Shown here one piece after another: positions 37,104-46,554 of a stretch of 64,000 nucleotides of DNA; position 1 is the first letter of the stretch; every line of letters starts with the position of its first letter. A program made the translations under genes and the position numbers. The notes beneath the pieces are model-generated. The model searched no databases and was not told where the DNA came from. It saw only the letters and a program-made list of their open reading frames with translations. Source of the DNA: Alphaproteobacteria bacterium (GTDB lineage Bacteria; Pseudomonadota; Alphaproteobacteria; Micavibrionales; UBA2020); NCBI GenBank assembly GCA_021413445.1, contig JAIOQI010000043.1:10594-74593 (forward strand). Direction: 5' to 3'.

Positions 37104-37138
37104 AAAAAGGGGCCGGGCGCAAGTCCGGCTCTTTTTTT
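37104..37138. terminator. Bidirectional intrinsic terminator
   Basis: AAAAGGGGCCGGGC-GCAA-GTCCGGCTCTTTTTT. Confidence 0.8.
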
Positions 37139-37149
37139 ATGCGCTCACA

Positions 37150-38103
37150 TCACATCTTCATTTTCGACGGCGTCGTCTTGTTCGCCTGGGGCGTCACCGG
37201 CGCCACAGACGACCCTTTCTGGAGCGTCGTCAGCCCCTTCTGGGCAGCGGCCAGCTTGACAGCCTCTTGGGCGGCGGTGCTGCCGACTTCCCCGGCGCCC
37301 AGGCCTAAGCTTTCGGCATTCATCACCATATTATCGTGCCGCTTCACGCTCTTCTTGTCGCCTTCGTCGGGCACGATGTCGCCGAGGTCATAGGTGCCGA
37401 CCTTCCCCCCCGGAAAGACGCAGAGGTTGGCGGGGTTGTGGTCGAGGCTGATGTATCCCTGCGGCAGGTCCTTGTAGAATTGCTTATAGGCCTCATTCGT
37501 GAAATTGGAAACGTCCGCCTCGGCAAGCTGGCCGGTGCTGACCAGGTATTTCGCGACCTGCCCCAGCGACACCACTTCCGGCAGCACGTCGATGCGCGCG
37601 CCGCTGGCCAGCCGCTCTCCCGTCACGTCATCCTTCTTGGGCGTCGGCGTGAGCGGGTCGGCCACGATCTCTCCCGCCGCATTGACGAATGTGCTGTCAT
37701 AGGGCTGCAGGACGATCGGCGTATTGACGGCTTTCCCCTCCCTTTGGGAATCGGTGATGCGCACGACGCAGCCATTGGGATAGTCCGGGCCATAGCCCCG
37801 CAGCACGGTCGCGCCCGCCCCCTCGGTGGACAGCATCTCCAGCGAGGTGATGCCCATCTGCTGCAGCGAGGCATTGATACCCTCGGCCAGCGGCGAGAGC
37901 TTTTTGGCTTTTTCAGGGGTGCTGCTGTCCTGGCTCTCTTCCATCATGGCCAGCACCTGGCTGAAGTCGGCGAATTTCTCCGGCATCACACCGGCGAACT
38001 TCGACTCCTCCACTCCCTTTTTCTGCGGAAAACCGTTCTGCTGATAACAGCCGGCGGCAGCTTCGGCGAGCAGTTCCTGCACTTTATTGATGTCAAAGCT
38101 CAC
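37150..38103 (-). CDS. Hypothetical protein with protein-kinase-like motifs
   Basis: EGAGATVLRG, CVVRI, LDHNPANL, TYDLG in canonical kinase order. Confidence 0.6.
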   Translation of the reverse strand: MSFDINKVQELLAEAAAGCYQQNGFPQKKGVEESKFAGVMPEKFADFSQVLAMMEESQDSSTPEKAKKLSPLAEGINASLQQMGITSLEMLSTEGAGATVLRGYGPDYPNGCVVRITDSQREGKAVNTPIVLQPYDSTFVNAAGEIVADPLTPTPKKDDVTGERLASGARIDVLPEVVSLGQVAKYLVSTGQLAEADVSNFTNEAYKQFYKDLPQGYISLDHNPANLCVFPGGKVGTYDLGDIVPDEGDKKSVKRHDNMVMNAESLGLGAGEVGSTAAQEAVKLAAAQKGLTTLQKGSSVAPVTPQANKTTPSKMKM

Positions 38104-38225
38104 ACCCGCACCTGTCCCTGTTTAAAAAAACGGTTATTTACAGATTACAGGAGATTGGTTAAATTTTTGTGAATATCCGGGGCAGCGGGGGTATTTATCT
38201 GCTCCTGTCCTAACTATACGGCCAC

Positions 38226-39419
38226 TCAATCCCCATCCATAAACTTCTTTAAGGGGCCTTCAACAAAGTGATTAGGTTTCCATCCCTTAAGAACCTTATC
38301 TAATAAAAGAGCATCCGCAGCGCCCGCCGTAAAGCCAATAAGTGGATGTGCCAGTGACCCAATTAACGAGAAAATAGAAAATCGGATAATTTTTTCTGGC
38401 AGCCTATCCACCCAAGTTTCGGCCGTGGCGGCCTTATAATACTCAGTGACTAACTTTTCATCAGGACCGATCTTCTCAAGATGACCCTTAAACTTCTTAG
38501 CCTGATCTAATAATTGGCGAAAATCTGAGAAGGTTTTTTCGCCCTTATTGAGTGTGTTACGGATCGAATTGCCCTTTAGAATTAGGTCCTGAAACGATTT
38601 TATTTCGTTTGCATTTCGGTCACGCTTTATTAACAAATAGTCGAATTGACTCTCCAGTAACGAATCAACCTCTGGCGAGGTCACAAGCTCTGATAGATAA
38701 TGTGCCGATAAGAACATCTCTCCTCGAGCAGAAAGAAGTCTCGAGAGAATAAAAGCATTATTAATACTAGCAACGCTTGGGGGGATACTTCGGTGGAATT
38801 CTTTATTTGCAAGCGCATAATCAATGTTATGCATTGCAACAATGCCGTTATCAGTTTTTACAACACGGAATTGGAGATCAATTGATTGTGAGTAGTTAGG
38901 AACATATAGATCTAATAAAGCTTTTGCTGCTGACTTGGCATAGCGCTCATTATCCAGGTCATCATAAGCGACACCAGTTACTCCCTTTTTGTGGCGGCAC
39001 ATCTGGTTAATTTTAAGAACAGGAGCTTTCTCTACAATCTTTTTTAAAACTCTCTTCGCTTGTACCTTGTCGGGAACGGCCTTCTCAATTAGCTCTTGAA
39101 GTATTTCTTCACGCGACATGTTCCCTTTGGAGATATGCCCAGAAACCTCAAATGCAATAAAGTTATGCGTCTCTATGCCACTTCTTCCTGTATTGGTACT
39201 GACCCCCAATGAATCTTCTAAAACGCTGACTGAAATGTGTCCATCATCCATAAGCCCAATAAAATCATCAGGGCCTATACCCTTCAGTAAGGAAACGAGC
39301 TGTCCCCTATCTGCCGCAATGATCACCTGCTGATAAAAAAGTAAAGTTTCAGCCAGAAGCCCAACATCAGCAGCCCGTGACAAGCTATCAACAGGGCGAA
39401 ATAAAATAGACTCAAACAT
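38226..39419 (-). CDS. AT-rich hypothetical protein (islet at tRNA-Lys)
   Basis: 397 aa ORF, AGGAG RBS, clearly lower GC than its flanks. Confidence 0.8.
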   Translation of the reverse strand: MFESILFRPVDSLSRAADVGLLAETLLFYQQVIIAADRGQLVSLLKGIGPDDFIGLMDDGHISVSVLEDSLGVSTNTGRSGIETHNFIAFEVSGHISKGNMSREEILQELIEKAVPDKVQAKRVLKKIVEKAPVLKINQMCRHKKGVTGVAYDDLDNERYAKSAAKALLDLYVPNYSQSIDLQFRVVKTDNGIVAMHNIDYALANKEFHRSIPPSVASINNAFILSRLLSARGEMFLSAHYLSELVTSPEVDSLLESQFDYLLIKRDRNANEIKSFQDLILKGNSIRNTLNKGEKTFSDFRQLLDQAKKFKGHLEKIGPDEKLVTEYYKAATAETWVDRLPEKIIRFSIFSLIGSLAHPLIGFTAGAADALLLDKVLKGWKPNHFVEGPLKKFMDGD

Positions 39420-39666
39420 TCAGAAACTCCTATATTGGGCAAACACAAGTCGAGAATCACAACTTGGCTATCCGAATAATTTGGCTCAGCACGGGTTGTT
39501 CTTAAGTGACCCACTGATGGGTTGTCAGTGGGTCGAATTGCTTTAAATTGTTGGAATACAATGACTAACCACTAAAGCGTACTACAAAAATCGAGTGTTT
39601 TAATAGTACACTTGAGATTCTATAGTACAGTTGCACATTTCAAAATGTACTAAGCCCTCGAAAAAA

Positions 39667-39742
39667 TGGTGGTCCCTGTTGGATTTGAACCAACGACCTA
39701 CTGATTAAGAGTCAGCTGCTCTACCAACTGAGCTAAGGAACC
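39667..39742 (-). tRNA. tRNA-Lys(CTT)
   Basis: Reverse complement GGTTCCTTAGCTCAGTTGGTAGAGC...CTGA-CTCTTAA-TCAG...GTTCAAATC...CCA. Confidence 0.96.
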
Positions 39743-39822
39743 ACAGCGAAGTGAGGGGGAGATTACGGTATTTGCCGGGTCGCTGTCAAGGGGGACATAT
39801 CCCCTTGTTTCCCTTCACAAAT

Positions 39823-39853
39823 AAAAAAGCCTGGCGCAGATAGCGCCAGGCTT
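39823..39853 (-). terminator. Intrinsic terminator of cspA
   Basis: AAGCCTGGCGC/GCGCCAGGCTT stem with poly-U on the minus strand. Confidence 0.85.
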
Positions 39854-39875
39854 GATTACGTCGGCAACCTAAGAG

Positions 39876-40079
39876 TTAGGCCGCCTTCAGATTCGTGGCA
39901 GAGTTCTTGCCGCGTTCGGAAGTGATGTCAAAAGTAACCTTTTGACCTTCGTTCAGGCCGCGCATGCCAGCACCTTCAACGGCGCTGATGTGAACAAACA
40001 CATCTGCATCGCCGCTATCGGGCTGGATGAAACCGAAACCTTTTTGAGCGTTGAACCATTTAACTGTACCTTGAGCCAT
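39876..40079 (-). CDS. cspA: Cold-shock protein
   Basis: [23 protein letters not shown]; GGAGG RBS; long 5' leader. Confidence 0.96.
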   Translation of the reverse strand: MAQGTVKWFNAQKGFGFIQPDSGDADVFVHISAVEGAGMRGLNEGQKVTFDITSERGKNSATNLKAA

Positions 40080-40595
40080 CTTGGCCTCCTTTAAGAAACG
40101 CACTCTCGTGCATGAAGCCCGCACACCATTGCGCGAACTTTATCCGAAAATAGCGATGTCTTGGGGGAAAGCCGCGTAACGGCGAACAAACAAGTCAGAA
40201 CTTAAAAATCTCGAATATGACCAACGTAGGCCTTTGGCGCGGAATAGCAAGAACTATCTCATTTATATTTTTTTGACCCTGACATTGTTCATCTTTTTGT
40301 CCGTCGTGTGATCGCTTTGCGCGGAATCGTTTATAGCCTGAGCGTGATTCCATATAAATTGACATAGCCCAGGTTATATGTAATACTCCCTCTTCGTAAG
40401 GATATAAAGTCCTGCATCTTTCTTTGTCGCAAGTACCGTTTGAAGCCGTGGCAATGTGACCTGCAAAAATTTTGTTTCTTTGAAAGACCGCCGCTGACAA
40501 CCCAGCCGGCGCACATGCTTTTTATCAGCTTTGATCAATAGTGGTCATCGCACCGCAGCATTATCTGCACCGCCGCCACTTGAAAGAACGTAACA

Positions 40596-40862
40596 ATGAA
40601 CAGTGAAACAAAACGCGGAAAAGCGCAGTTGCGCGACATGAGCGCGGCGCAGGGGATATACGACGTCGATTACATGGTGCATGTCAACACCCGGACAATT
40701 AAAAATATCGGCGTGCCGGTCGTCACGCAAAAAATGGTCACCGCCTACGTTCAATCCATCAACGGCTATGTCCTCAAAAACGGGAAATATGTCCTGGAGG
40801 AGAACGGCGAGTCCCTTTATCAGCTGGAAAAAGCCGGGACGACCTGGCGCGTTATTTCCTGA
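40596..40862 (+). CDS. Small hypothetical protein
   Basis: 88 aa ORF with coding-like composition. Confidence 0.55.
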   Translation: MNSETKRGKAQLRDMSAAQGIYDVDYMVHVNTRTIKNIGVPVVTQKMVTAYVQSINGYVLKNGKYVLEENGESLYQLEKAGTTWRVIS

Positions 40863-40877
40863 AACTCCCGTCAAAAT

Positions 40878-41933
40878 TTACGGAGAGGGTGCGCCGGGAG
40901 AGGGCGGCGTGTTTTTTGCAGGAGGAGCGACCGGGGCATCCCCGGCCTTGTCGTTAAAGGTTTTACCCAGCTCCAGGCTGCCGGCCTTCGCGGCGGAACC
41001 TGAGTCTGGCGGCGGCGGAGAATTCCCCGCCGGTTTTTTCTTCCGCTGCGCCTGAAAATATTTGAGCCGGGCCATATAAAATTCCGGCGACGTCTTTTCA
41101 GCGATTTCGCCAAAAAACTTTTCGACGTAGGTGGAGGGCCTCCACCCGGTCGGCGGCTTTTGCTCCCGGGGCCGGGCGCGCATCTTGCTGTTAAACTGAT
41201 AAGCGATGCCCTGCGCGATTTTTGTCGATTTCAGCGCCTGCCGCGCCGCGGCGAGAGCCGGGACGGCCATAAACTGCGTCGCCGCCAGCACGCCCGACAA
41301 AACGGGATGGAGCACGGTTTGCTTGATGATCCTGATAAAACGGGGCGCTTTATCGGTGAGCGCGGACTGCGCGATCTGGGCGTGCCATACTTTCGCCATG
41401 ACTTCCACCCAGGTCAGCGCCGCCGACAGGCCGATGAAGGCGCAGACGCCGATGCCGGTGCCGATGATTTTATTGACCGTTTCATGGCCGAAGAGCGGCT
41501 TTCCGGAGCGGCGGCGGGGGTTTAAAAGCCACGCCGTGGCGCGATAGACGCTCAAGGCGCAGTAGTATTCGAAGAACTCACCCGCCTTCTTCGCGCCAGC
41601 GGTGAATTTTCCTTTTATGGTCCGCCAGCGCTGGCTGAATTTTGAGTCCGGGTTTTTATAAGCGCCGAACTTGAAACGCTGGGCGAGCGGGTTCCATGCC
41701 TTCATCGCCAAAGGCTTTACGGCGTTGGCGGGAATCGCGACCAGGATATTGAACAGCCAATCGGCGCCGCCCATGACCGCCTTGCCCGCGGCGGCAAGGC
41801 CATCAAAACAGTCATATCCGAACTTTGCAAAGAAAACCGCCGTGCGCTGCTGCCCGGGACTCAGGACATTGAAAGCGACCGCGTCTTTTTCAAACTGCGC
41901 TTGCTTCTCTTCAACTACGCCCGGAGCGTGCAT
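40878..41933 (-). CDS. Hypothetical membrane protein
   Basis: 351 aa, hydrophobic segments, Pro/Lys-rich tail. Confidence 0.7.
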   Translation of the reverse strand: MHAPGVVEEKQAQFEKDAVAFNVLSPGQQRTAVFFAKFGYDCFDGLAAAGKAVMGGADWLFNILVAIPANAVKPLAMKAWNPLAQRFKFGAYKNPDSKFSQRWRTIKGKFTAGAKKAGEFFEYYCALSVYRATAWLLNPRRRSGKPLFGHETVNKIIGTGIGVCAFIGLSAALTWVEVMAKVWHAQIAQSALTDKAPRFIRIIKQTVLHPVLSGVLAATQFMAVPALAAARQALKSTKIAQGIAYQFNSKMRARPREQKPPTGWRPSTYVEKFFGEIAEKTSPEFYMARLKYFQAQRKKKPAGNSPPPPDSGSAAKAGSLELGKTFNDKAGDAPVAPPAKNTPPSPGAPSP

Positions 41934-42003
41934 GCTGAAACATCTTTCAATGAGACTTCAGAAGTCTCGATTATGTACGTATAAAGGGGACGGCACAAGC
42001 CCC

Positions 42004-42210
42004 TCAATCGGAAAGCATGGACAATGCCGCCTGACGGTGCCCCGGTTTCAATTTAAGAAACAGCGTGTGCGCCTTCTTGATGTCCTGCGCGGAACCGCTC
42101 TCGGCGGCCTTCTTCAGCGCGACGGTCGTCGGGTCATCCGCTCCGCAGATGAACGCCAGCGCCTTGGCCAGCTTCCCCATGGTCTCGCGGTCAATCTTTG
42201 TTTCGGCCAT
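42004..42210 (-). CDS. Small hypothetical protein
   Basis: 68 aa, GC3-rich codons, overlaps the upstream gene. Confidence 0.7.
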   Translation of the reverse strand: MAETKIDRETMGKLAKALAFICGADDPTTVALKKAAESGSAQDIKKAHTLFLKLKPGHRQAALSMLSD

Positions 42211-42568
42211 TATCGTGTTTTTCCTTTTCCCTTTTTTCTTCCAAAAGCTTCATCGCCGCCCTGAAACCGGTTTTCCCCGCCTGGATCCCCGCATCCAGCA
42301 GCATATCCTGCATCATACCCATGAGGACAATCTGCGCCAGGAAGAATCCCGCCAGCCCGCCCGTCATGACGCCCGCCAATGCGCATACGGCGCCGATCCA
42401 GGCATTATACCCGAAATGCACCGCCCCCCAGTACCCGCCGATACCCCCCAAAATAAAACCGAGCGCGGCTAAAGCGGCATATAAAATCCCCGCCTTGACG
42501 GCAAGGCGAAAGCCGATTTTGCCATAGTCAACAGCCTGCGCCGTGATCTTTTCTTTATCGAGCTTCAT
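42191..42568 (-). CDS. Small membrane protein
   Basis: MKLDKEK start coupled (ATGA) to the GIY-YIG stop; two Gly-rich TM segments. Confidence 0.7.
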   Translation of the reverse strand: MKLDKEKITAQAVDYGKIGFRLAVKAGILYAALAALGFILGGIGGYWGAVHFGYNAWIGAVCALAGVMTGGLAGFFLAQIVLMGMMQDMLLDAGIQAGKTGFRAAMKLLEEKREKEKHDNGRNKD

Positions 42569-42825
42569 CCGTTTTCCCCCGATGAAGAGCGGGTGAGTTG
42601 CAGTTTTTGCTCTCTCCCCAGCGACTTGATCTCGGCTTCCCGTTTTAAAGCGCGTCCCCTGGTCGGGTGCAATTCGGTATAAAATATTTTGTAAGGCCCG
42701 CGCCCCCGCGTGTATTTGGCGCCGGTGCCCTGCGCATGTTTGGAGAGGCGGCTCTCCATGTCGTTCGTGATCCCGGTATAAAGGGTCTTGTCCGCGCACT
42801 CTAAAATGTAAACTGTCCAGGGCAA
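42565..42825 (-). CDS. GIY-YIG nuclease family protein (UPF0213)
   Basis: VYILECADKTLYTGITND..RL..H..G.GAKYTR, ALKREAEIK. Confidence 0.9.
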   Translation of the reverse strand: MPWTVYILECADKTLYTGITNDMESRLSKHAQGTGAKYTRGRGPYKIFYTELHPTRGRALKREAEIKSLGREQKLQLTRSSSGENG

Positions 42826-43000
42826 CGCTTTTCTCCGCCAGCTTTCCCCACTATACCCGTTATCGCCGCTTTATTCCAGAAACTCTTCCCGGATCTGTTC
42901 CGGATTATTTTTATATGTTTGACGCCGGAGCCGTGCTTTAATGAGCGCAGGTCGTCAGAAACGATCCTTTGCTTAACCTTGTCATCAGGAGACAACTCAC

Positions 43001-43099
43001 ATGGCCAAATCACACGACGCCAAAAAATCCACAAAAAAAGCCCCCCTTAAAACCCCCGCAGAAAAACGGCAAGCCAAGCGCGATAAAAAGAATAAGTAA
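43001..43099 (+). CDS. Very small Lys-rich protein (32 aa, absent from the ORF track)
   Basis: AGGAGA RBS; MAKSHDAKKSTKKAPLKTPAEKRQAKRDKKNK. Confidence 0.65.
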   Translation: MAKSHDAKKSTKKAPLKTPAEKRQAKRDKKNK

Positions 43100-43105
43100 G
43101 CGCCG

Positions 43106-43789
43106 TCAGCGGCTTTTATTCGGTAATGCCCAAAGCCAGTTAAATACTGCGGTGGCAAGGATGCTGCCCCATACCTGCGCTATAACGAACCCCGGGACAT
43201 CGTCCGGCCTGATGCCCGAGAACGAATCGGTCAGCGAACGGGCAATCGTCACCGCCGGATTTGCAAAAGACGTCGATGACGTGAACCAGTAACCGGCAGC
43301 GATAAACAAACCGACGGCATAAGGCACGGCTTCCGGGCGTGTGCGCAGGCAGCCTATGATCGTCGCCAGCAGGCCGAAGGAAGCCACAACCTCGCCCGTC
43401 CATACCCCCACGCCGGTGCGCACATGCGTCGATGCCTCAATCAGCGGCAGGCTAAACATGGCGTGTGCCAACAGAGTACCGGCGACAGCTCCCGTGACCT
43501 GCAAGGCCGCATAAGCCAGGCATTCGATCCACGGCAGTTGACGCCGCAAAGCAAAGGACAAGCTGACCACCGGGTTGAAATGCGCGCCGGAGACGGGGCC
43601 GAAAATAAGGATCAGCACCACCAATGCCGCGCCCGTCGCCAGTGTATTGCCGAGCAGCGCGAGGGCGGCGTTCCCGCCCGCAAGCTGGTCCCCCATGATG
43701 CCCGAGCCGACGACGACGGCAACCAGCAGCGCGGTGCCGAGAGCTTCCGCAAAGAGCCGCCGCGTCAGGTCAAATTTATGCGTGGTCAT
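43106..43789 (-). CDS. MIP/aquaporin family channel (AqpS-like)
   Basis: SGAHFNPV, YWFTSSTSFANPAVT, AEALGT. Confidence 0.9.
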   Translation of the reverse strand: MTTHKFDLTRRLFAEALGTALLVAVVVGSGIMGDQLAGGNAALALLGNTLATGAALVVLILIFGPVSGAHFNPVVSLSFALRRQLPWIECLAYAALQVTGAVAGTLLAHAMFSLPLIEASTHVRTGVGVWTGEVVASFGLLATIIGCLRTRPEAVPYAVGLFIAAGYWFTSSTSFANPAVTIARSLTDSFSGIRPDDVPGFVIAQVWGSILATAVFNWLWALPNKSR

Positions 43790-43848
43790 TGATTAAATCC
43801 TCCGTCAAATAGTATCCGGGATTTGCAAACGGTCGCGTGTCGTGGAAA

Positions 43849-43925
43849 TGGCGTGCCCGGAGAGATTTGAACTCCCGACCTGATGCTTAGAAGGCACCTG
43901 CTCTATCCAGCTGAGCTACGGGCAC
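43849..43925 (-). tRNA. tRNA-Arg(TCT)
   Basis: Reverse-complement cloverleaf, anticodon loop CTTCTAA, CCA end. Confidence 0.96.
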
Positions 43926-43946
43926 GTATCCAGGGGGAATTATAGC

Positions 43947-44249
43947 TTATTTTTCTTCTGCGTCAGGGCGGTATTTGAAGTTGTCGATATAATTGCGCGG
44001 CGTGATCCGGCGGGCGCGCGGTTCGTCCACTTCATATTCCCAGCCCTCGCCCTCGGCGAAGGCGACCGCCGCGTCCTTGCTGGCGAAATTCATCCGCACC
44101 TGGTTCAGGGTGTCATTGGCGGAAGTCCAGCCCATCACCGGCTCGGGACGGCGCGGCGCTTCCAGTTCATATTCCAGAACCCATCTGGCCGAACTGGCGC
44201 GCCCGGATTGCGTGGCGCTTTTAGCGGGTTTGTAAATTTTGACTTTCAT
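43947..44249 (-). CDS. ETC complex I subunit (NDUFS4-like)
   Basis: IYKPAKSATQSG, PVMGWTS, Y.DNF. Confidence 0.9.
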   Translation of the reverse strand: MKVKIYKPAKSATQSGRASSARWVLEYELEAPRRPEPVMGWTSANDTLNQVRMNFASKDAAVAFAEGEGWEYEVDEPRARRITPRNYIDNFKYRPDAEEK

Positions 44250-44280
44250 AGCTCGCGAACACCATTCTCTTTAATTTAAG

Positions 44281-44357
44281 TGGTCGGAGCGGAGGGATTT
44301 GAACCCCCGACATCCTGCTCCCAAAACAGGCGCGCTACCGGACTGCGCTACGCTCCG
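44281..44357 (-). tRNA. tRNA-Pro(TGG)
   Basis: Reverse complement CGGAGCGTAGCGCAG..., anticodon loop TTTGGGA, CCA end. Confidence 0.96.
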
Positions 44358-44458
44358 ACTGTACTAAGTGTCTTAATTTATAGAGGATTTCAGGACTTAA
44401 AGCAAGGCTGCTTTTATACATAATTATCCCGGTTGTTTCCCTGTGGGTATTCAATGAG

Positions 44459-44944
44459 TTAGGGTTGGGAACCCTTGAAATAGGGGTGGATAACCCGATC
44501 CCCCGCCCGGATTCCCAATTCCCGGGCCCGGCCGCCATTGATTTCCAGCACGGCGGCCACCGGCACTCCTGAGCTGAGCGGCTCCAGGGATTTCGGCACG
44601 GCATTTTCATGGATCGTCTTGATCTCGCCGTCGGCGGCGATAAACAGCATATCCAGCGGGATGAGGGTGTTCTTCATCCAGAAGCTGGTCTTTGCCGTCC
44701 GGCCCATCTCGAAGAGCATGCCGTGATCCGGCGCCATCTGCTCGCGGAACATCAGCCCGATTTCCTCTTCTGCCGGCGTACTGGCGATTTCGACCTCGAA
44801 GCTATGCCGGCCGCCGAGCTTGCCCTCAATGACCAGCGTTTCAAGGCGGGCCCCTTTTTGCGCAACGCTCGAAAAATAAAAACCCGCCACCAGCACGATG
44901 GCCGCCGCGATCAGAAACAACATGAAGGATTTGTGCAGATTCAT
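44459..44944 (-). CDS. DUF192 domain protein
   Basis: GLMFRE, GMLF, FWMKNTLIPLDMLFI, VLEINGG. Confidence 0.92.
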   Translation of the reverse strand: MNLHKSFMLFLIAAAIVLVAGFYFSSVAQKGARLETLVIEGKLGGRHSFEVEIASTPAEEEIGLMFREQMAPDHGMLFEMGRTAKTSFWMKNTLIPLDMLFIAADGEIKTIHENAVPKSLEPLSSGVPVAAVLEINGGRARELGIRAGDRVIHPYFKGSQP

Positions 44945-45759
44945 GGGACCTCCGGTAAAGCTTGCGACAATTTCCCGCCGATGCGCAACGGCTCGATCCG
45001 CGTGCACAGCCCCGTCCTGGGGTCGATGTCCGCCATCGTGCCGCAGAGGGTGACCGGCCCTTCCGCCGGGCGCAGCTTTTCGCCCGGAACCTTGCGCACA
45101 AAGCGGTTCACCGCCATCATCGTGTCCATGCCGATCACGCTGTCATAGCTGCCGCACATGCCGGCATCAGTCTGAAAGCCGGTGCCCTGCGGCAGGATCT
45201 GCGCGTCCGCCGTCGGCACATGGGTGTGCGTGCCGACCACCAGCGAAGAACGCCCGTCGCAATAATAACCAATCGCCTGCTTTTCGCTGGAAGCCTCGCC
45301 GTGCACGTCGATGATAATGGCATTGACATCCTTGCCGAGCTTGTATGCCTTGCACAGCTTGTCCATCGCCGCAAAGGGGTCGTCCAGCGCGTCCATGAAC
45401 AGCCGGCACATCACGTTGGTCACCAGGATTTTATGCCCCTGCGCGGTCTGGATGATGTAGGCGCCCTTGCCGGGCGCCGTTTCAGGGTAATTGATGGGCC
45501 GCAGCAGCTTCGGGTCGCTGCCGATGTAGGGGATGATCTCGCGCTGATCCCAGATGTGGTTGCCGGTGGTGATGCAATCGACCCCCGCTTTATAAAGATC
45601 GTTGCAGATCTGCGCGGTGATGCCGAAGCCGCTCGCCGCGTTCTCGGCATTCACGATCACCGCGTCCAGCTTGTAATTTTTGCGCAGGTCGGGGAGCCGC
45701 GCGATGATCTCATCCCGCGGATTGCGCCCCACCACATCGCCCAGAAAAAGAACTTTCAT
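44941..45759 (-). CDS. ymdB: YmdB-family metallophosphoesterase (TIGR00282)
   Basis: LFLGDVVG, NAEN, TGNH, DVHGEASSEK, GTHTHV. Confidence 0.92.
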   Translation of the reverse strand: MKVLFLGDVVGRNPRDEIIARLPDLRKNYKLDAVIVNAENAASGFGITAQICNDLYKAGVDCITTGNHIWDQREIIPYIGSDPKLLRPINYPETAPGKGAYIIQTAQGHKILVTNVMCRLFMDALDDPFAAMDKLCKAYKLGKDVNAIIIDVHGEASSEKQAIGYYCDGRSSLVVGTHTHVPTADAQILPQGTGFQTDAGMCGSYDSVIGMDTMMAVNRFVRKVPGEKLRPAEGPVTLCGTMADIDPRTGLCTRIEPLRIGGKLSQALPEVP

Positions 45760-46325
45760 TTATAAATATTCCCGTCGGTCACGATCATGTCCATCCTGAT
45801 GTCGCCTTCCTCCACCGGCAGCCCGGCGCACAGTTGCATTTCATAGCCCAAGCCAATGGCCAGCAGGGGCCTGTTTTCCTTCAGCCGCGCAATCGTCGCG
45901 TCATAAAAACCGCCGCCATAGCCCAGCCGGTGACAATTTGCATCAAAAGCGGCCAGCGGCACAAGGACAATATCAGGAACCACCGCCGGTGCGGCCGCCG
46001 GCTCCATGATGCTGTACTTGCCGGCCGTCATGGGCGTGGCCTCGTCCCAGAGGTGAAACTCCAGCGGCAGCGTCGCCCCCGCCACATGCGGCAGGGCGCA
46101 GGAACAGCCGCGCCGCAATAACTCGCGCAGGATCGGCATATCGTCCAGCTCGTTGCGGATCGGCCAATAGCCGGCGACCACCGCGCCGGCCGGCACCGGC
46201 ACGTTCTTAAAAAAAAGCTCGCAGACTTTGGCGGCAGACTCTTTGCGCGCCGCGGGGGGAATCAGCGCCCGCCGCTCCAAGAACATCTGGCGCAAAACTG
46301 ATTTTGAGGGGGGCTGGCCGGTCAC
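45756..46325 (-). CDS. 5-formyltetrahydrofolate cyclo-ligase
   Basis: VPLAAFD...RLGYGGGFYD; directly downstream of 6S RNA. Confidence 0.93.
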   Translation of the reverse strand: MTGQPPSKSVLRQMFLERRALIPPAARKESAAKVCELFFKNVPVPAGAVVAGYWPIRNELDDMPILRELLRRGCSCALPHVAGATLPLEFHLWDEATPMTAGKYSIMEPAAAPAVVPDIVLVPLAAFDANCHRLGYGGGFYDATIARLKENRPLLAIGLGYEMQLCAGLPVEEGDIRMDMIVTDGNIYK

Positions 46326-46348
46326 GCAGTTCTCCGGAAAAAAAAAGT

Positions 46349-46509
46349 GGAAGGCGCCACCTGAGCCGTGGACGGGGATTATCCGCTAGGCCCTGTAAAA
46401 CAGGTGGGCACCATGTAATCAGACCACGGCCTGATCAGCGACAGCACCCAATCTAACGATCATCGGCCTCTGGGACAGTGCTGTCTCACGCACTCCGCAG
46501 CAACCTTCC
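46349..46509 (-). ncRNA. ssrS: 6S RNA
   Basis: ~160 nt with terminal GGAAGG/CCTTCC stem, between zapA and the cyclo-ligase (conserved synteny). Confidence 0.85.
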
Positions 46510-46554
46510 GGAAATCAATCTAGGCTATTATTGAAATTTAAGCAACCTAAACTA

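Noticed and set aside
40195-40516. Short ORFs upstream of cspA
   Set aside because: AT-rich promoter/leader DNA with no RBS or coding-like composition.
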